The translations under genes and the position numbers were made by a program. A stretch of DNA of 64,000 bases, taken from an uncultured Gemmatimonadota bacterium. Lineage in GTDB: Bacteria > JAAXHH01. Below the pieces are notes generated by a model that saw nothing but the letters and a program-made list of their open reading frames with translations, had not been told where the DNA came from and searched no databases. Positions 1 through 9,979 of the stretch are shown here, in pieces; within the stretch, counting starts at the first letter, position 1, and each line of letters begins with the position of its first letter. The DNA is taken from contig OX638340.1 of NCBI GenBank assembly GCA_951812955.1, forward strand, positions 1,376,001-1,440,000, written 5' to 3'.

Positions 1-528
1 CAATCGCACCAGTTCCGCACGCATGGCAAGTCTGCGCTGCTCCATGGTCACCCGCGTCTCCCGGAGGCGGTTCACCTCGCGGAAAAGCTCGGCCTCGCGC
101 TGCATGACGTTGAGTTGCAGGTTGGCGTTGGACAGGCGCAGGATGGGCGTGCCCTCCTCGATCTTCGAGCCCTCTTCGACGAAGACCTCTTCCACGCGGC
201 CGCCTTCCACGGCGTCCAGATAGATCGTCGTGAGCGGCATCACCTCGCCCTGCTCCACGATGTACTCGAGGAAGGGACCATGGGTGACCGGGGCCAGGGT
301 CAGCTTCTCGGCATCCACGTTCAGCGAGGAGGGGTTGATCGTGAGCAGTTGCCAGGCGGCAAAGACGATCACCAGGGCCGCCGCGCCGTAAATGGCGATC
401 CGCCGCGGCGTGAAGCGCTTCCGCTCGATCCTGCGGTCCATGGTGTTGTCCTGCTCACGCTGACGCTCAGCCGTGAACATCCCCACCAGGCCCTTGGGTT
501 CTTCGCCGTTTTTCTGTTTGTCGCTCAT
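1..528 (-). CDS. HlyD-family membrane-fusion / efflux adaptor protein. Only the N-terminal part is in the window; the gene runs off the window start.
   Basis: Reverse-strand translation from the ATG at 528-526 gives MSDKQKNGEEPKGLVGMFTAERQ..., then a TM helix (RIAIYGAAALVIVFAAW) and a coiled-coil/beta region typical of HlyD periplasmic adaptors. The forward ORF 115-693 is a shadow ORF. Confidence 0.55.
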   Translation of the reverse strand, partial: MSDKQKNGEEPKGLVGMFTAERQREQDNTMDRRIERKRFTPRRIAIYGAAALVIVFAAWQLLTINPSSLNVDAEKLTLAPVTHGPFLEYIVEQGEVMPLTTIYLDAVEGGRVEEVFVEEGSKIEEGTPILRLSNANLQLNVMQREAELFREVNRLRETRVTMEQRRLAMRAELVRL

Positions 529-532
529 ATGG

Positions 533-1564
533 TCAACCCAGCGTCGTCGCCATCACCCAGAATGGCTTATCGCCTACAGTATAATCCCGGATCGGATGCA
601 GGCTACCGTCTGACGGGTCCACGCGGTACGCCGTCATCACGCCCGCCGCCTCGCCGGCACAGTAGAGATACCGCCCGTCGGGGTCGATATTGAAGGACCG
701 CGGACTGGCGGGAACGGAAACGTGCCCGAAGGCGCTCAGCGCGCCGTCGGCCGCCACGTCATAGCCCACGATACTGTCGTGCCCCCGGTTGGAGGCGTAA
801 GCCCATTTTCCGTTCCGGTGCACCTCGACGTGGGCGGTGAATCCGCCCTCTTCGTAACCGTCGGGCAGTGTGGAGACGTTCTCGAAAATCGTAAGCGTTC
901 CGCTTTCGGCGTCAAAGCGGTGTGCGGTGACCGTATTTCCCTGTTCATTGACGATATAGGCCACGTCGCCAGCCGGCCTGAAACAGATATGCCGCGGTCC
1001 CGTTTCGTCGTCCGGGGGGCTCAGCACTGCGGGGTCATTGGGCGTCAGCCGTCCCGTTTCCGCGTCGAATCGAAACTGGCAGGTCTTGTTGGTTGGACAG
1101 ACATGGGGCACGATCACGAACCGGTCCTCGACCGTCAGGTAAACGGCATGGGCCTTCTCTCCGGTGTTGATGTACTGGAGGAGTTCGCCGATCGCGCCGT
1201 CTTCTCCCAGTCGGTGCACGGTGATGCCGCCGCCCCCGTAGTATACCGTCAGGAGGAACTTGCCGCGCCGATCTGTAACGAGGTGCGCAGGTATGTCGAT
1301 GCCGGTATCCACCTTGTTGATGAGGGAGAGTTCACCGGAACGCGAATCCAGCCCATAGGCCGCAAGCGTGGTGGATTCCACATGCGCGTTGTACATGAGG
1401 TTGCCCGCAGGATGCAGGCATAGCGCCCCGGACGGACCGTGGGCGTCGCTGGTGGACCGTAGGGTCAGGGAACCCGTCTCCCGGTCCTGGTCGTAAGCCT
1501 TTATTTGCTCGTCGCCGGTTAACGAAACGAATACCATGGTGCGCCCTGACGGGGAATCAGCCAT
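533..1564 (-). CDS. 7-bladed beta-propeller lactonase (6-phosphogluconolactonase / YbhE-like)
   Basis: 343-aa ORF with repeated propeller blades (…AHVESTTLAAYGLD…, …VTAHRFDAESGTL…, …MTAYRVDPSDGSL…) typical of Pgl/3-carboxymuconate cyclase-type lactonases. Its stop lies 4 nt before the HlyD start. Confidence 0.65.
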   Translation of the reverse strand: MADSPSGRTMVFVSLTGDEQIKAYDQDRETGSLTLRSTSDAHGPSGALCLHPAGNLMYNAHVESTTLAAYGLDSRSGELSLINKVDTGIDIPAHLVTDRRGKFLLTVYYGGGGITVHRLGEDGAIGELLQYINTGEKAHAVYLTVEDRFVIVPHVCPTNKTCQFRFDAETGRLTPNDPAVLSPPDDETGPRHICFRPAGDVAYIVNEQGNTVTAHRFDAESGTLTIFENVSTLPDGYEEGGFTAHVEVHRNGKWAYASNRGHDSIVGYDVAADGALSAFGHVSVPASPRSFNIDPDGRYLYCAGEAAGVMTAYRVDPSDGSLHPIRDYTVGDKPFWVMATTLG

Positions 1565-1902
1565 GCTTTTTCCGACCTCCTGTTTTACGTTTACGGCTTC
1601 CTTAATGAGTAAGACTCTAAAATAAACTCAGAGGTTGCGGCCTCAAAGTGTATTTTGGATTTTAGATTCCTCGTCCCTGTAATCATTCTGCACGGCCGGC
1701 ATGCAATGACGGCAGCGCTCATGGCGGGCCAGGCTCATTACAGGCCGCACTCAAGGCGGACAGCGCACATGTTTCTTCGACGGGGACAAATCCAAGACGG
1801 GACGAATCCGATACAGGAATACGTTTTTGGCATTTCCATCTGGAATTCGAATAAACGCCGTTCCGGACAGGCGGGCTGATACAAGCGAAGGAGTCGGGGC
1901 CG

Positions 1903-3102
1903 ATGCGGGTCATGATCATCGCCGGTGAAGCGTCGGGGGAAATGCATGGCGCGGGTGTTGTGGCCGCGCTCAAGGCCAGACGCCCCGGAATCGATATATT
2001 CGGAATCGGTGGGGACCGCATGCAACGGGCCGGCTGCGCGTTGATCTACCATATCGAAAAGTTCTCGGTAATGGGAATCACCGAGGTCATCCGGCATTTG
2101 CCCTTCATTCGCAGGGCATTACGGCGGATGGACGGTCTCCTCGAATCCAGGCGGCCCGACCTGATGATCCTCATCGACTATCCGGATTTCAATCTCCGGC
2201 TCGCCCGCAAGGCGCGTAAGCGGGGGATACCGGTTCTGTATTACATCAGTCCCCAGGTCTGGGCCTGGAGGGCGAGGCGTATTCACTCCATCGTCAGGCT
2301 CGTCGACTGCATGGCCGTGGTCTTTCCATTTGAAGTGGATCTGTACGAGAAAGCCGGAGGGAAGGTGGTCTTCGTCGGCCATCCCATGCTGGAAGCGCTC
2401 GAGAGCCGGCAGTCCAAAGCCGGATTCTGCGAAGGGGCCGGCCTCGATCCGGACCGGCCGATCATCGGGATGTTGCCGGGCAGCCGGGTCATGGAAGTTG
2501 AACGTATGCTCCCCGCGATGGCCGGTACCCTTAAAAAAGTGAAGCAGGACCTGCCCGCGGCCCAGGGTGTCATCGGACTGGCGCCCACCGTCGCGCGTGC
2601 CGGACTGGCAGGACATTTCGAGGGACATGCGAAAGAGATCCCCGTGGTGGAAAACAGCACCTACGAAGTCATGCGCCATGCCGACCTGTTGCTTGTCACG
2701 TCCGGAACGGCGACCCTGGAGTCTGCCTGTTTCGGCACGCCCCTGCTTGTCCTCTACCGTATGTCCCGGGTGTCCTGGTGGATCGCCCGGCGCCTGGTCA
2801 GCATTCCGGACATCGGTCTTGTGAATGTAGTCGCGGGACGGCGCATCGCACCGGAATTCCTTCAGGACGCGGTCGAGCCGAATACCCTCGCGCCCGTGGT
2901 ACTCGAGTTGCTCAGGGATCCGAAGAAACGGTTGGAGATGACGCACAGATTGAGCGAGGTAAAGGACCGCCTGGGCACGCCGGGCGCCTCGTCGCGAGTA
3001 GCCGATCTGGCCCTCGAACTGGCGGGCGGAAAGAGCAAGGATCCATTGGATGAAGAGGAAAGCGGGCGGCAGGGGAAGGGGGCGGCGGATGACGAGCAAT
3101 GA
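1903..3102 (+). CDS. lpxB: lipid-A-disaccharide synthase
   Basis: 399 aa. N-terminus MRVMIIAGEASGEMHGAGVVAAL…GIGGDRM matches the LpxB GT19 family. Preceded by an AAGGAG RBS. Confidence 0.9.
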   Translation: MRVMIIAGEASGEMHGAGVVAALKARRPGIDIFGIGGDRMQRAGCALIYHIEKFSVMGITEVIRHLPFIRRALRRMDGLLESRRPDLMILIDYPDFNLRLARKARKRGIPVLYYISPQVWAWRARRIHSIVRLVDCMAVVFPFEVDLYEKAGGKVVFVGHPMLEALESRQSKAGFCEGAGLDPDRPIIGMLPGSRVMEVERMLPAMAGTLKKVKQDLPAAQGVIGLAPTVARAGLAGHFEGHAKEIPVVENSTYEVMRHADLLLVTSGTATLESACFGTPLLVLYRMSRVSWWIARRLVSIPDIGLVNVVAGRRIAPEFLQDAVEPNTLAPVVLELLRDPKKRLEMTHRLSEVKDRLGTPGASSRVADLALELAGGKSKDPLDEEESGRQGKGAADDEQ

Positions 3103-3748
3103 AGGCCCCGCGTATACCCTGGTGAGTAAACTGAGCGCCGGCGCCATATGCCTGCTGGGGCGGACGCTTTCCATCCACCTGATAGGAGAGGAATACCTGG
3201 AACGGGCCCGGGAAGGCGGGCGGAAGGTATTATACGCCTTCTGGCACGAGGGGCTGCTGGTGGCCACTTACGCCTTTCGCCGTAAGGGGATTCAGGTGCT
3301 GGTCAGCCAGCACCGGGACGGCGAGTTGATTGCCCGGGCCATCGAGCGCATGGGATACGGGACCATACGCGGATCTTCCACCCGGGGAGGTACGCGCGCC
3401 TTGTTCCGCATGGCAGCGGCCGGCGCGGCCGGCGACGACCTGGGGGTAACCGTGGATGGACCACGGGGTCCCCGGCTCCAGGTCAAACCGGGAACGCTGT
3501 TCATCGCCGGGAGATCCGGCCTTCCCATCGTGCCCTTCGCAGTTGCGTCGTGCAAGCCTTGGGTGCTCTCGAGCTGGGACCGGTTCATGGTTCCACGCCC
3601 GTTTTCCCGCACGGCGATCGCCTTCGAAGAGCCGCTGACTGTACCCGGAGACGTACCGGTCGAAGGCCTTGAGCCCTTCCGGGCAGAACTTCAGCGACGC
3701 CTGCTTGATGCGCGGGAAACCGCGCGACTTAGCCTGGAGGCGTCCTGA
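3089..3748 (+). CDS. DUF374 / lysophospholipid acyltransferase-like protein, the family commonly found between lpxB and waaA
   Basis: The ORF-track start is 3050 (overlapping lpxB by 53 nt). An internal Met at 3089 is more plausible. …VLYAFWHEGLLVATYAFRRKGIQVLVSQHRDGELIA… is typical of DUF374. Confidence 0.6.
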   Translation: MTSNEGPAYTLVSKLSAGAICLLGRTLSIHLIGEEYLERAREGGRKVLYAFWHEGLLVATYAFRRKGIQVLVSQHRDGELIARAIERMGYGTIRGSSTRGGTRALFRMAAAGAAGDDLGVTVDGPRGPRLQVKPGTLFIAGRSGLPIVPFAVASCKPWVLSSWDRFMVPRPFSRTAIAFEEPLTVPGDVPVEGLEPFRAELQRRLLDARETARLSLEAS

Positions 3749-3809
3749 GCGCCGACGAAGAGAGCGACGTAGCCTGGCTGCGTCCTGATCATTCCAGCCG
3801 ATACCTGAC

Positions 3810-6293
3810 ATGACCTTTATCTACACCCTTTTGTTTTCCGCGCTGACCGTGCTGCTCTCGCCGATCCTGGTTTTCCTGTCCATCCTGGACCGCGTAGGGA
3901 TGCGCCAGCGGCTAAGCCAGCGGCCGCTCGTCCCCGACGGCGGGCATCGGCCGGTCGTCTGGTTCCACTGCGCGTCCGTGGGCGAAGCTACTGGCCTGTC
4001 GGCCGTGATCGGCGCATTCGTGAAACGCCATTCGGGCTTTTCAGTGCTGGTCACTACGATGACGGAAACCGGCCTGGCCTATGTCCGGAAGCACGTACCC
4101 CAGGCGCGGTTCTACGGACTGGCGCCCCTCGACGCGCCGTTCATCGTCGATCGTGTATTCGGGCGGGTACGCCCCCGCGCACTGATCCTGCTCGAGGGGG
4201 AACTCTGGCCCGCTATGCTCAATACGGCCGCCGCCCATGATTGCCCCGTGGCACTGGTCAACGGCCGCATGTCGGACCGCAGTCTCAAGCGAAACCGTTT
4301 CGTGAAGCCGCTCTTCAGGCGCATGCTGGGGCAACTGGCCGCCGTGGGTGTCCAGCACGCACTCGACGGTGAACGGCTCATCGCCTTCGGCGCGGATCCG
4401 GAACGGGTACGTGTGACAGGTAACGTCAAGTTCGACCTGGCCACCAAACAGGCCGGTTCTTCGCGGGAAGCGGCGCGCCGTTCGCTCGGCCTGTCCGCGA
4501 CCGTGCCGGTGATCATGGCGGGTTGCCCCCGGCCCGTGGAAGAGGAACGCGCCGTGCTGGCAGCCTTCTCCCGCGTACACGAACGGTATCCCGAGGTCAA
4601 ACTGATTTGGGCGCCCCGGCATCTCAACCGCATATCACGGGTCGAGCAGATGCTGAAGGAGGCGGACCTCAGGTTCGCCCATCGCACGCGGCTGGGCCGT
4701 ATGGATGGCGCGGGCCATACGGATGGTCCGGGCGGCGCGGATGATGCGGACCATGCAGGCGATGCGAGCGATCAGAGCGGCGCGGATGGTCCGGAATCTG
4801 AACAGTTCAACGTCATCATCCTGGATACCATGGGCGAACTGGCGTCCATGTATGCCGCCGCGGACATGGCCTTCGTCGGCGCCACGCTGGTTCCACTCGG
4901 CGGGCACAACCTGCTGGAGCCCGCGGCATGCGCCATACCGGTCCTGTTCGGCCCCCACACCGAAAACGTACGAGCAAGCGCCGCGGCCCTGCTACGAACC
5001 GGCGGAGGCATGGTCGTTCACGACGGCGACGAACTCGCAAGGAAGTGGCTCGAATTACTGGAAGACCCGCAAGAGCGCGCGCAGACCGGAGCGGCCGCCG
5101 TACGAGCCGTGCGCGAAAAATCAATGGCCGTGGACCGTACCCTGGACCTGCTCGACCGATGGATCCTGGATCCTGATCTGCACGGATCTGTGCCGTCGCG
5201 CCTCCCGCACGGCACGCCGTTCATAACACGATTGCTGGATCCCGGCGAACGCGCCCCGGCCATTCGTCTCGTACGCGGTGCGCTGCTTCCTCCGTCCCTG
5301 CTGCTGGGTATGGTGGTCAGGTTACGCAACGGGTTGTACGATAAGGGACTGCTGAATTCCGACCAGCTTCCGGTCCCGGTGATCAGCGTGGGCGGACTGA
5401 CCGCGGGCGGCGCGGGGAAGACGCCTGTCGTGCGGTATCTTGCCCGGAGGCTTGTTGACGCCGGTTACAGTCCCGCCGTGCTGAGCCGGGGTTACGGCAG
5501 AGATTCCCGCGCGACACGATCCGCTACGCCCGGCGCCACCTGGCAGGAGGTGGGCGACGAACCGGCCTTTCTGGCCTCGGCGCTTCCCGACGTACCGGTC
5601 GTCGTCGGCCCGAGTCGCACCGCGGCGGGACGGCTTGCCATAGATCGGTACGGCGCGAACGTGCTGCTGCTGGACGACGGATTCCAGCACAGGAGAACGG
5701 CCCGCGCGGTGGACATCGTCGTGCATGACGCCTCAAGCCGGTTAAGCCCGGGACGCCTGCTCCCCGCCGGCCCCTTCCGTGAACCGGTTTCCTCACTCGG
5801 CCGGGCACATGTACTGGTGTTGACCCGGACGGACCAGGCCGGTTCCGCGGATACCGACACGGAACGCATCAGAAGCAAGTTTCCCCACATGGCCATCATC
5901 GAAACCGCCTACGTCCCCTCCGGCCTGAGACGTATATCCGGTGGTGCGACGCTGCCGGTGGAGTGGCTGGCCGGCCGCCACGTCCTAGTCTTCTGCGGGA
6001 TCGCCAACCCCGCCTCCTTCGCGCGAACCGTCGCCGATGCCGGGGGAAGCGCGACGCGGATCCTGTCGTACCCGGATCACCACCCGTTCACTTCGTCCGA
6101 ACTGGACCGGGCGTTGTCCCTGGCGGAGGAAACCGGCGTGGACTGCATCGTCACGACAGAAAAGGACGCCGTGCGCATCCCGACTGACCACTCAATCAGA
6201 AAACACCTGGTCGCCCTGGATATCGAACTCCGGGTGATTTCGGGTGGGCACGCAGTTGACCATATTCTTTCTATGCTGGACGAAGGGTGTTGA
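3810..6293 (+). CDS. waaA-lpxK: Bifunctional Kdo transferase (WaaA/KdtA) fused to tetraacyldisaccharide 4'-kinase (LpxK)
   Basis: 827 aa. The N-terminal ~470 aa is WaaA-like (VWFHCASVGEA…, …ILDTMGEL…). The C-terminal ~330 aa is LpxK-like (P-loop VISVGGLTAGGAGKTP). An acidic low-complexity insert, GAGHTDGPGGADDADHAGDASDQSGADGPESEQ, sits inside the WaaA part. Confidence 0.85.
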   Translation: MTFIYTLLFSALTVLLSPILVFLSILDRVGMRQRLSQRPLVPDGGHRPVVWFHCASVGEATGLSAVIGAFVKRHSGFSVLVTTMTETGLAYVRKHVPQARFYGLAPLDAPFIVDRVFGRVRPRALILLEGELWPAMLNTAAAHDCPVALVNGRMSDRSLKRNRFVKPLFRRMLGQLAAVGVQHALDGERLIAFGADPERVRVTGNVKFDLATKQAGSSREAARRSLGLSATVPVIMAGCPRPVEEERAVLAAFSRVHERYPEVKLIWAPRHLNRISRVEQMLKEADLRFAHRTRLGRMDGAGHTDGPGGADDADHAGDASDQSGADGPESEQFNVIILDTMGELASMYAAADMAFVGATLVPLGGHNLLEPAACAIPVLFGPHTENVRASAAALLRTGGGMVVHDGDELARKWLELLEDPQERAQTGAAAVRAVREKSMAVDRTLDLLDRWILDPDLHGSVPSRLPHGTPFITRLLDPGERAPAIRLVRGALLPPSLLLGMVVRLRNGLYDKGLLNSDQLPVPVISVGGLTAGGAGKTPVVRYLARRLVDAGYSPAVLSRGYGRDSRATRSATPGATWQEVGDEPAFLASALPDVPVVVGPSRTAAGRLAIDRYGANVLLLDDGFQHRRTARAVDIVVHDASSRLSPGRLLPAGPFREPVSSLGRAHVLVLTRTDQAGSADTDTERIRSKFPHMAIIETAYVPSGLRRISGGATLPVEWLAGRHVLVFCGIANPASFARTVADAGGSATRILSYPDHHPFTSSELDRALSLAEETGVDCIVTTEKDAVRIPTDHSIRKHLVALDIELRVISGGHAVDHILSMLDEGC

Positions 6294-6363
6294 ACGGGCT
6301 ATATTGTACAACCTGTACCTTTATTTCACGACACCGGCGTTTTTTACCCCTGTAATCCATTAA

Positions 6364-7905
6364 ATGGCTGACTCGAACTGGATTGCCATCCTCGATTTCG
6401 GCGCGCAATACACGCAGCTTATTGCGCGGCGCATACGGGAAAGCCACGTCTACTGCGAGGTGTTGCCTTACGATACGCCGGCGTCCGAATTGTCGGCGCG
6501 CAACGTCAGCGGCATCATCCTTTCGGGCGGTCCGGCGAGCGTGTACGGGGAAGACGCGCCTCATCCCGATCCGGGCATCTTCGAGGTGGGCAGGCCGATC
6601 CTCGGGATTTGCTACGGCCTTCAATTGATGGGGCATTACCACGAAGGCGAGGTCGCCCACGCCGGAACCCGGGAATACGGCAATGCGCAGATTCGGACTA
6701 TAGGCGACACGCCCCTCTTCCGCGCCCTGCCCGAACGGATGACGGTCTGGATGAGTCACGGCGACGAACTCAAGTCGCCCCCGCCGGACTTCGAAGTCAT
6801 CGCCCGTTCGGACAACGGCCATATCGCCGCCGTCGAGCAGATCGATCGGCGGATCTACGGGGTGCAGTTCCACCCGGAAGTGGTGCACACGGTTCAGGGC
6901 CGCGAGATCCTGGAGAACTTCCTGTTCGCCATATGCGGATGCGAGGGAAACTGGACGCCGCGGACCTTCATCGACGAGGCCCTCGCCTCCATCCGGGAGA
7001 CCGTGGGCGAGCGGCGCGTGGCCTGCTTCGCCAGCGGCGGTGTGGATTCCTCGGTCGTGGCAGCGCTCATCGGCCGGGCCGTCGGGGACCGTCTTACGTG
7101 CGTCTTCGTGGATACGGGCATGCTCCGGAAGGACGAGGCCAGGCAGGTCGAAGAGACCTACCGCCGGACCATCAATGCCCGCTTCCGGTTCGTGGACGCG
7201 TCGGACCGTTTTCTCGGCCGGCTCAAAGGCGTGGAGGATCCTGAACAGAAACGCAAGGTCATCGGGGACGAGTTCATCCGGGTGCTCGAGCGCGAATTGA
7301 CCTCGCTGCGCGGCGTTCGTATCCTGGCCCAGGGCACGCTCTATCCCGACGTGATCGAAAGCGCCTCCGTAAAGGGTCCGGCAAGCGTCATCAAGACCCA
7401 CCACAACGTGGGCGGATTGCCGGACGACCTGGAACTGGAATTGCTTGAACCGGTCCGCAACCTGTTCAAGGACGAGGTGCGCACCGTGGGCCGGGAGCTT
7501 GGCCTGCCGGATGAGATCATCGACCGGCATCCCTTCCCCGGACCGGGCCTGGGCATCCGCGTGCTGGGAGAAGTGACCCCGGAACGGGTGGCCATGCTGC
7601 AGGACGCGGACATGATTTTCATCGACGAACTACGCAGGGCTGGCCTGTACGACGAGGTGTCCCAGGCGCTGGCCGTGCTGCTTCCGGTCAAGACCGTCGG
7701 CGTGATGGGCGATGCCCGTACCTACGAGCGCGTCATCGCCCTCCGCGCGGTGACCACGCTCGATTTCATGACGGCGGACTGGGCCCGCCTGCCCACCGAC
7801 TTCCTGGCGCACGTGTCGAACCGCATCATCAACGAAGTAAGGGGCGTGAATCGCGTGGTCTACGACCTTAGTTCGAAACCACCCGGCACCATCGAATGGG
7901 AATAA
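6364..7905 (+). CDS. guaA: GMP synthase (glutamine-hydrolysing)
   Basis: 513 aa. GATase N-domain ([18 protein letters not shown]…), ATP-PPase motif (SGGVDSSV) and C-terminal dimerisation domain ending …GTIEWE. Confidence 0.95.
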   Translation: MADSNWIAILDFGAQYTQLIARRIRESHVYCEVLPYDTPASELSARNVSGIILSGGPASVYGEDAPHPDPGIFEVGRPILGICYGLQLMGHYHEGEVAHAGTREYGNAQIRTIGDTPLFRALPERMTVWMSHGDELKSPPPDFEVIARSDNGHIAAVEQIDRRIYGVQFHPEVVHTVQGREILENFLFAICGCEGNWTPRTFIDEALASIRETVGERRVACFASGGVDSSVVAALIGRAVGDRLTCVFVDTGMLRKDEARQVEETYRRTINARFRFVDASDRFLGRLKGVEDPEQKRKVIGDEFIRVLERELTSLRGVRILAQGTLYPDVIESASVKGPASVIKTHHNVGGLPDDLELELLEPVRNLFKDEVRTVGRELGLPDEIIDRHPFPGPGLGIRVLGEVTPERVAMLQDADMIFIDELRRAGLYDEVSQALAVLLPVKTVGVMGDARTYERVIALRAVTTLDFMTADWARLPTDFLAHVSNRIINEVRGVNRVVYDLSSKPPGTIEWE

Positions 7906-7909
7906 TCCT

Positions 7910-9937
7910 TTGATCCTACAGGAATACCTCGCCGCCCTGCCAATGGGCGACCTGAAATCCATCGCCTACACCCTTGGCGTACAGCCTGGCATGATCTCCC
8001 GCGCCCGATTGATCCGGGAGATCACGGACCAGACTTTCCAGCCGGGTTTCATTGACCAGATTGTGGACGATCTGACTGAGGAAGCGCGGGAGGTCCTGCT
8101 GGCCGTCCTTTCGGCGGGAGCCTCGGGACGCGTCTACGACACGAGAAAGCCCGAAAACAGCGGGTTGACCGAACAGCTGCACGGATTGCTTGCCAGGGGG
8201 CTCGTGATCGGACGGCGACCTGCTTACCGCACCGTCGATTTCGTCGTGCCGGAAGATATCCGCGACATGCTGATCCGTAACTTCACGGACCGGCTGGCAG
8301 GGGTCTTTTCGACGGAAGCGGCGGGATCGAAAGACGACGAAAGCCGGGATCTCACCGCCGTCAGGAACGTCTTCGCTCTCGTGAATGGCCTGCGCCACAA
8401 TCCGGCGCGGCTCACGGACCGGGGCCTGCCCTATAAACGGGCGTTCGATGCCATGGTGGAGCGACAGGAAACCGCGACGAACGGCATGCCGGATTCAGCG
8501 GAAGACATTACAGAACAGATGCGCTTCGTCATGGAATATGCGCAGTGGCGTGGATTGACGCGCGAAGAGGACGGACGCCTCCGTGCCGGCTTCGATTTCG
8601 AATCTTGGATGGAACTGCCAACATCCGAGAAACTGGCGGACCTGTTGTGCTTCTGGCACGCACGGGAACGGGCCCGATCCCCCGCAGTTACCGCGCTGCC
8701 CGGCATCCTTCAGCTGTGCGTGGGACTCGCGCAGGTGGACCTGGACCAGATCATGCGCTGCGCGCTGAACTGTTCCTCGCCCGATGTCCGCACGGATTCC
8801 ATCAGCGAACAGGAGAGAGCGGAGATTCTTGCCGCGCTACGCGAGCTCGAATGGATCGGCCTTCTGCGTAAGTATGACGGCAAGAACGGATCCGTCGGCG
8901 GACTGGTAATCACGCCGGCGGGAAGACACGTGTTCGGGGGGCAGGACTGGCCGGACGAACAGGCATGGAGCGCGCAGTTCATCGTCCAGCCGACTTTCGA
9001 GATCATCGCGCCCAGGGATCTGAACCTGACGATACGTGAAAAGCTCGAGCTGTTTGCCGACCTCGAAAAGGTCGATCTCACGCTGACCTATAGTGTAACG
9101 CGCAATACCATCTACCGGGCCGCCAACTCGGACATGTCCGGCGAGCAGGTCATCGGTTTCCTGGAGGAACATTCCGACAAGGACGTGCCCCAGAACGTCG
9201 CGTACTCAATTCAGTCGTGGGGCGATGCATACGGCCAGGTGTATTTCATGGACGCTTTTCTCCTGCGTACCGCCAGCGCCGAAATCGCCAGCCACATCAA
9301 GGCGCACGGTGAACTCGCCCCGTACATAAAGGGCGAGGTGGCGCCCGACGCGTTGATCGTGGAGCGCAAGAGGTACAGAGAACTGATGGACCTGCTCCAG
9401 AAACAGGGTTACATGCCGAAGTCCGGGATCGTCGGATCCACGGGGGCAGCTTCGGTTTCCAACTCCGGCCAAAGAGTCCGATCCGTCGAAGGAAACGGTC
9501 CGCGGGCAGGCCAGCGAGATCGAATCGGTCCACCTGTGACCGGTGAACAGCGTACGCCGCCTTCTTCCGAACAGAAGCCGGTGCTCGGATTCGGGGACTG
9601 CCTACCCGGTTTCCAACTGCACGGGGGATCGGGCGGCGCCGACCTGAACGCACCGCACATCGAGCAGGCCGCGAACATGCAGTACCTGTCTCCGGGGCAG
9701 ACGGAAGAACTCCTGGAAATCGCGGTGAAGAACAACCACCGTGCCGTCATCGAATACTACCTGGGCAACCGAAGCCGCAGCTTCCTGCACCGGATCAAGC
9801 CCATTCGCATCGAGCGGACCCGGGGCACGCCCTTCGTCGAGTCGCACCGCATGCCCGAGGGCGACGTGCACGCCTTCAAAATCGCCAATATCAGGGCGAT
9901 CCGGATCGTATACGAGAACGAAGAGGGCGATGACTAA
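7910..9937 (+). CDS. Hypothetical protein with an XPB-type helicase-associated domain (Helicase_C_3-like) and a WYL/SH3-like C-terminal segment
   Basis: 675 aa. The central segment …LTLTYSVTRNTIYRAANSDMSGEQVIGFLEEHSDKDVPQNVAYSIQSWGDAYGQVYF… matches the helicase-associated domain found N-terminal to bacterial XPB/Ssl2 helicases. The C-terminus (…AVIEYYLGNRSRSFLHRIKPIRIE…HAFKIANIRAIRIV) looks like a WYL-type beta-barrel. No helicase gene is adjacent. Confidence 0.45.
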   Translation: MILQEYLAALPMGDLKSIAYTLGVQPGMISRARLIREITDQTFQPGFIDQIVDDLTEEAREVLLAVLSAGASGRVYDTRKPENSGLTEQLHGLLARGLVIGRRPAYRTVDFVVPEDIRDMLIRNFTDRLAGVFSTEAAGSKDDESRDLTAVRNVFALVNGLRHNPARLTDRGLPYKRAFDAMVERQETATNGMPDSAEDITEQMRFVMEYAQWRGLTREEDGRLRAGFDFESWMELPTSEKLADLLCFWHARERARSPAVTALPGILQLCVGLAQVDLDQIMRCALNCSSPDVRTDSISEQERAEILAALRELEWIGLLRKYDGKNGSVGGLVITPAGRHVFGGQDWPDEQAWSAQFIVQPTFEIIAPRDLNLTIREKLELFADLEKVDLTLTYSVTRNTIYRAANSDMSGEQVIGFLEEHSDKDVPQNVAYSIQSWGDAYGQVYFMDAFLLRTASAEIASHIKAHGELAPYIKGEVAPDALIVERKRYRELMDLLQKQGYMPKSGIVGSTGAASVSNSGQRVRSVEGNGPRAGQRDRIGPPVTGEQRTPPSSEQKPVLGFGDCLPGFQLHGGSGGADLNAPHIEQAANMQYLSPGQTEELLEIAVKNNHRAVIEYYLGNRSRSFLHRIKPIRIERTRGTPFVESHRMPEGDVHAFKIANIRAIRIVYENEEGDD

Positions 9938-9979
9938 TTAGGTGAAACGGCAAAATGCAGACCGTCGGAATCGAGGGAA

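Noticed and set aside
115-693. 192-aa plus-strand ORF at the window start
   Set aside because: The opposite strand encodes an HlyD-family adaptor with a clean N-terminus and TM helix. The plus-strand ORF is its shadow.
6271-7530. 419-aa ORF on the minus strand, opposite guaA
   Set aside because: It is entirely antisense to a confidently identified guaA gene. It has Arg/Pro/Gly/Ala-rich composition typical of high-GC shadow ORFs and no recognisable domain.
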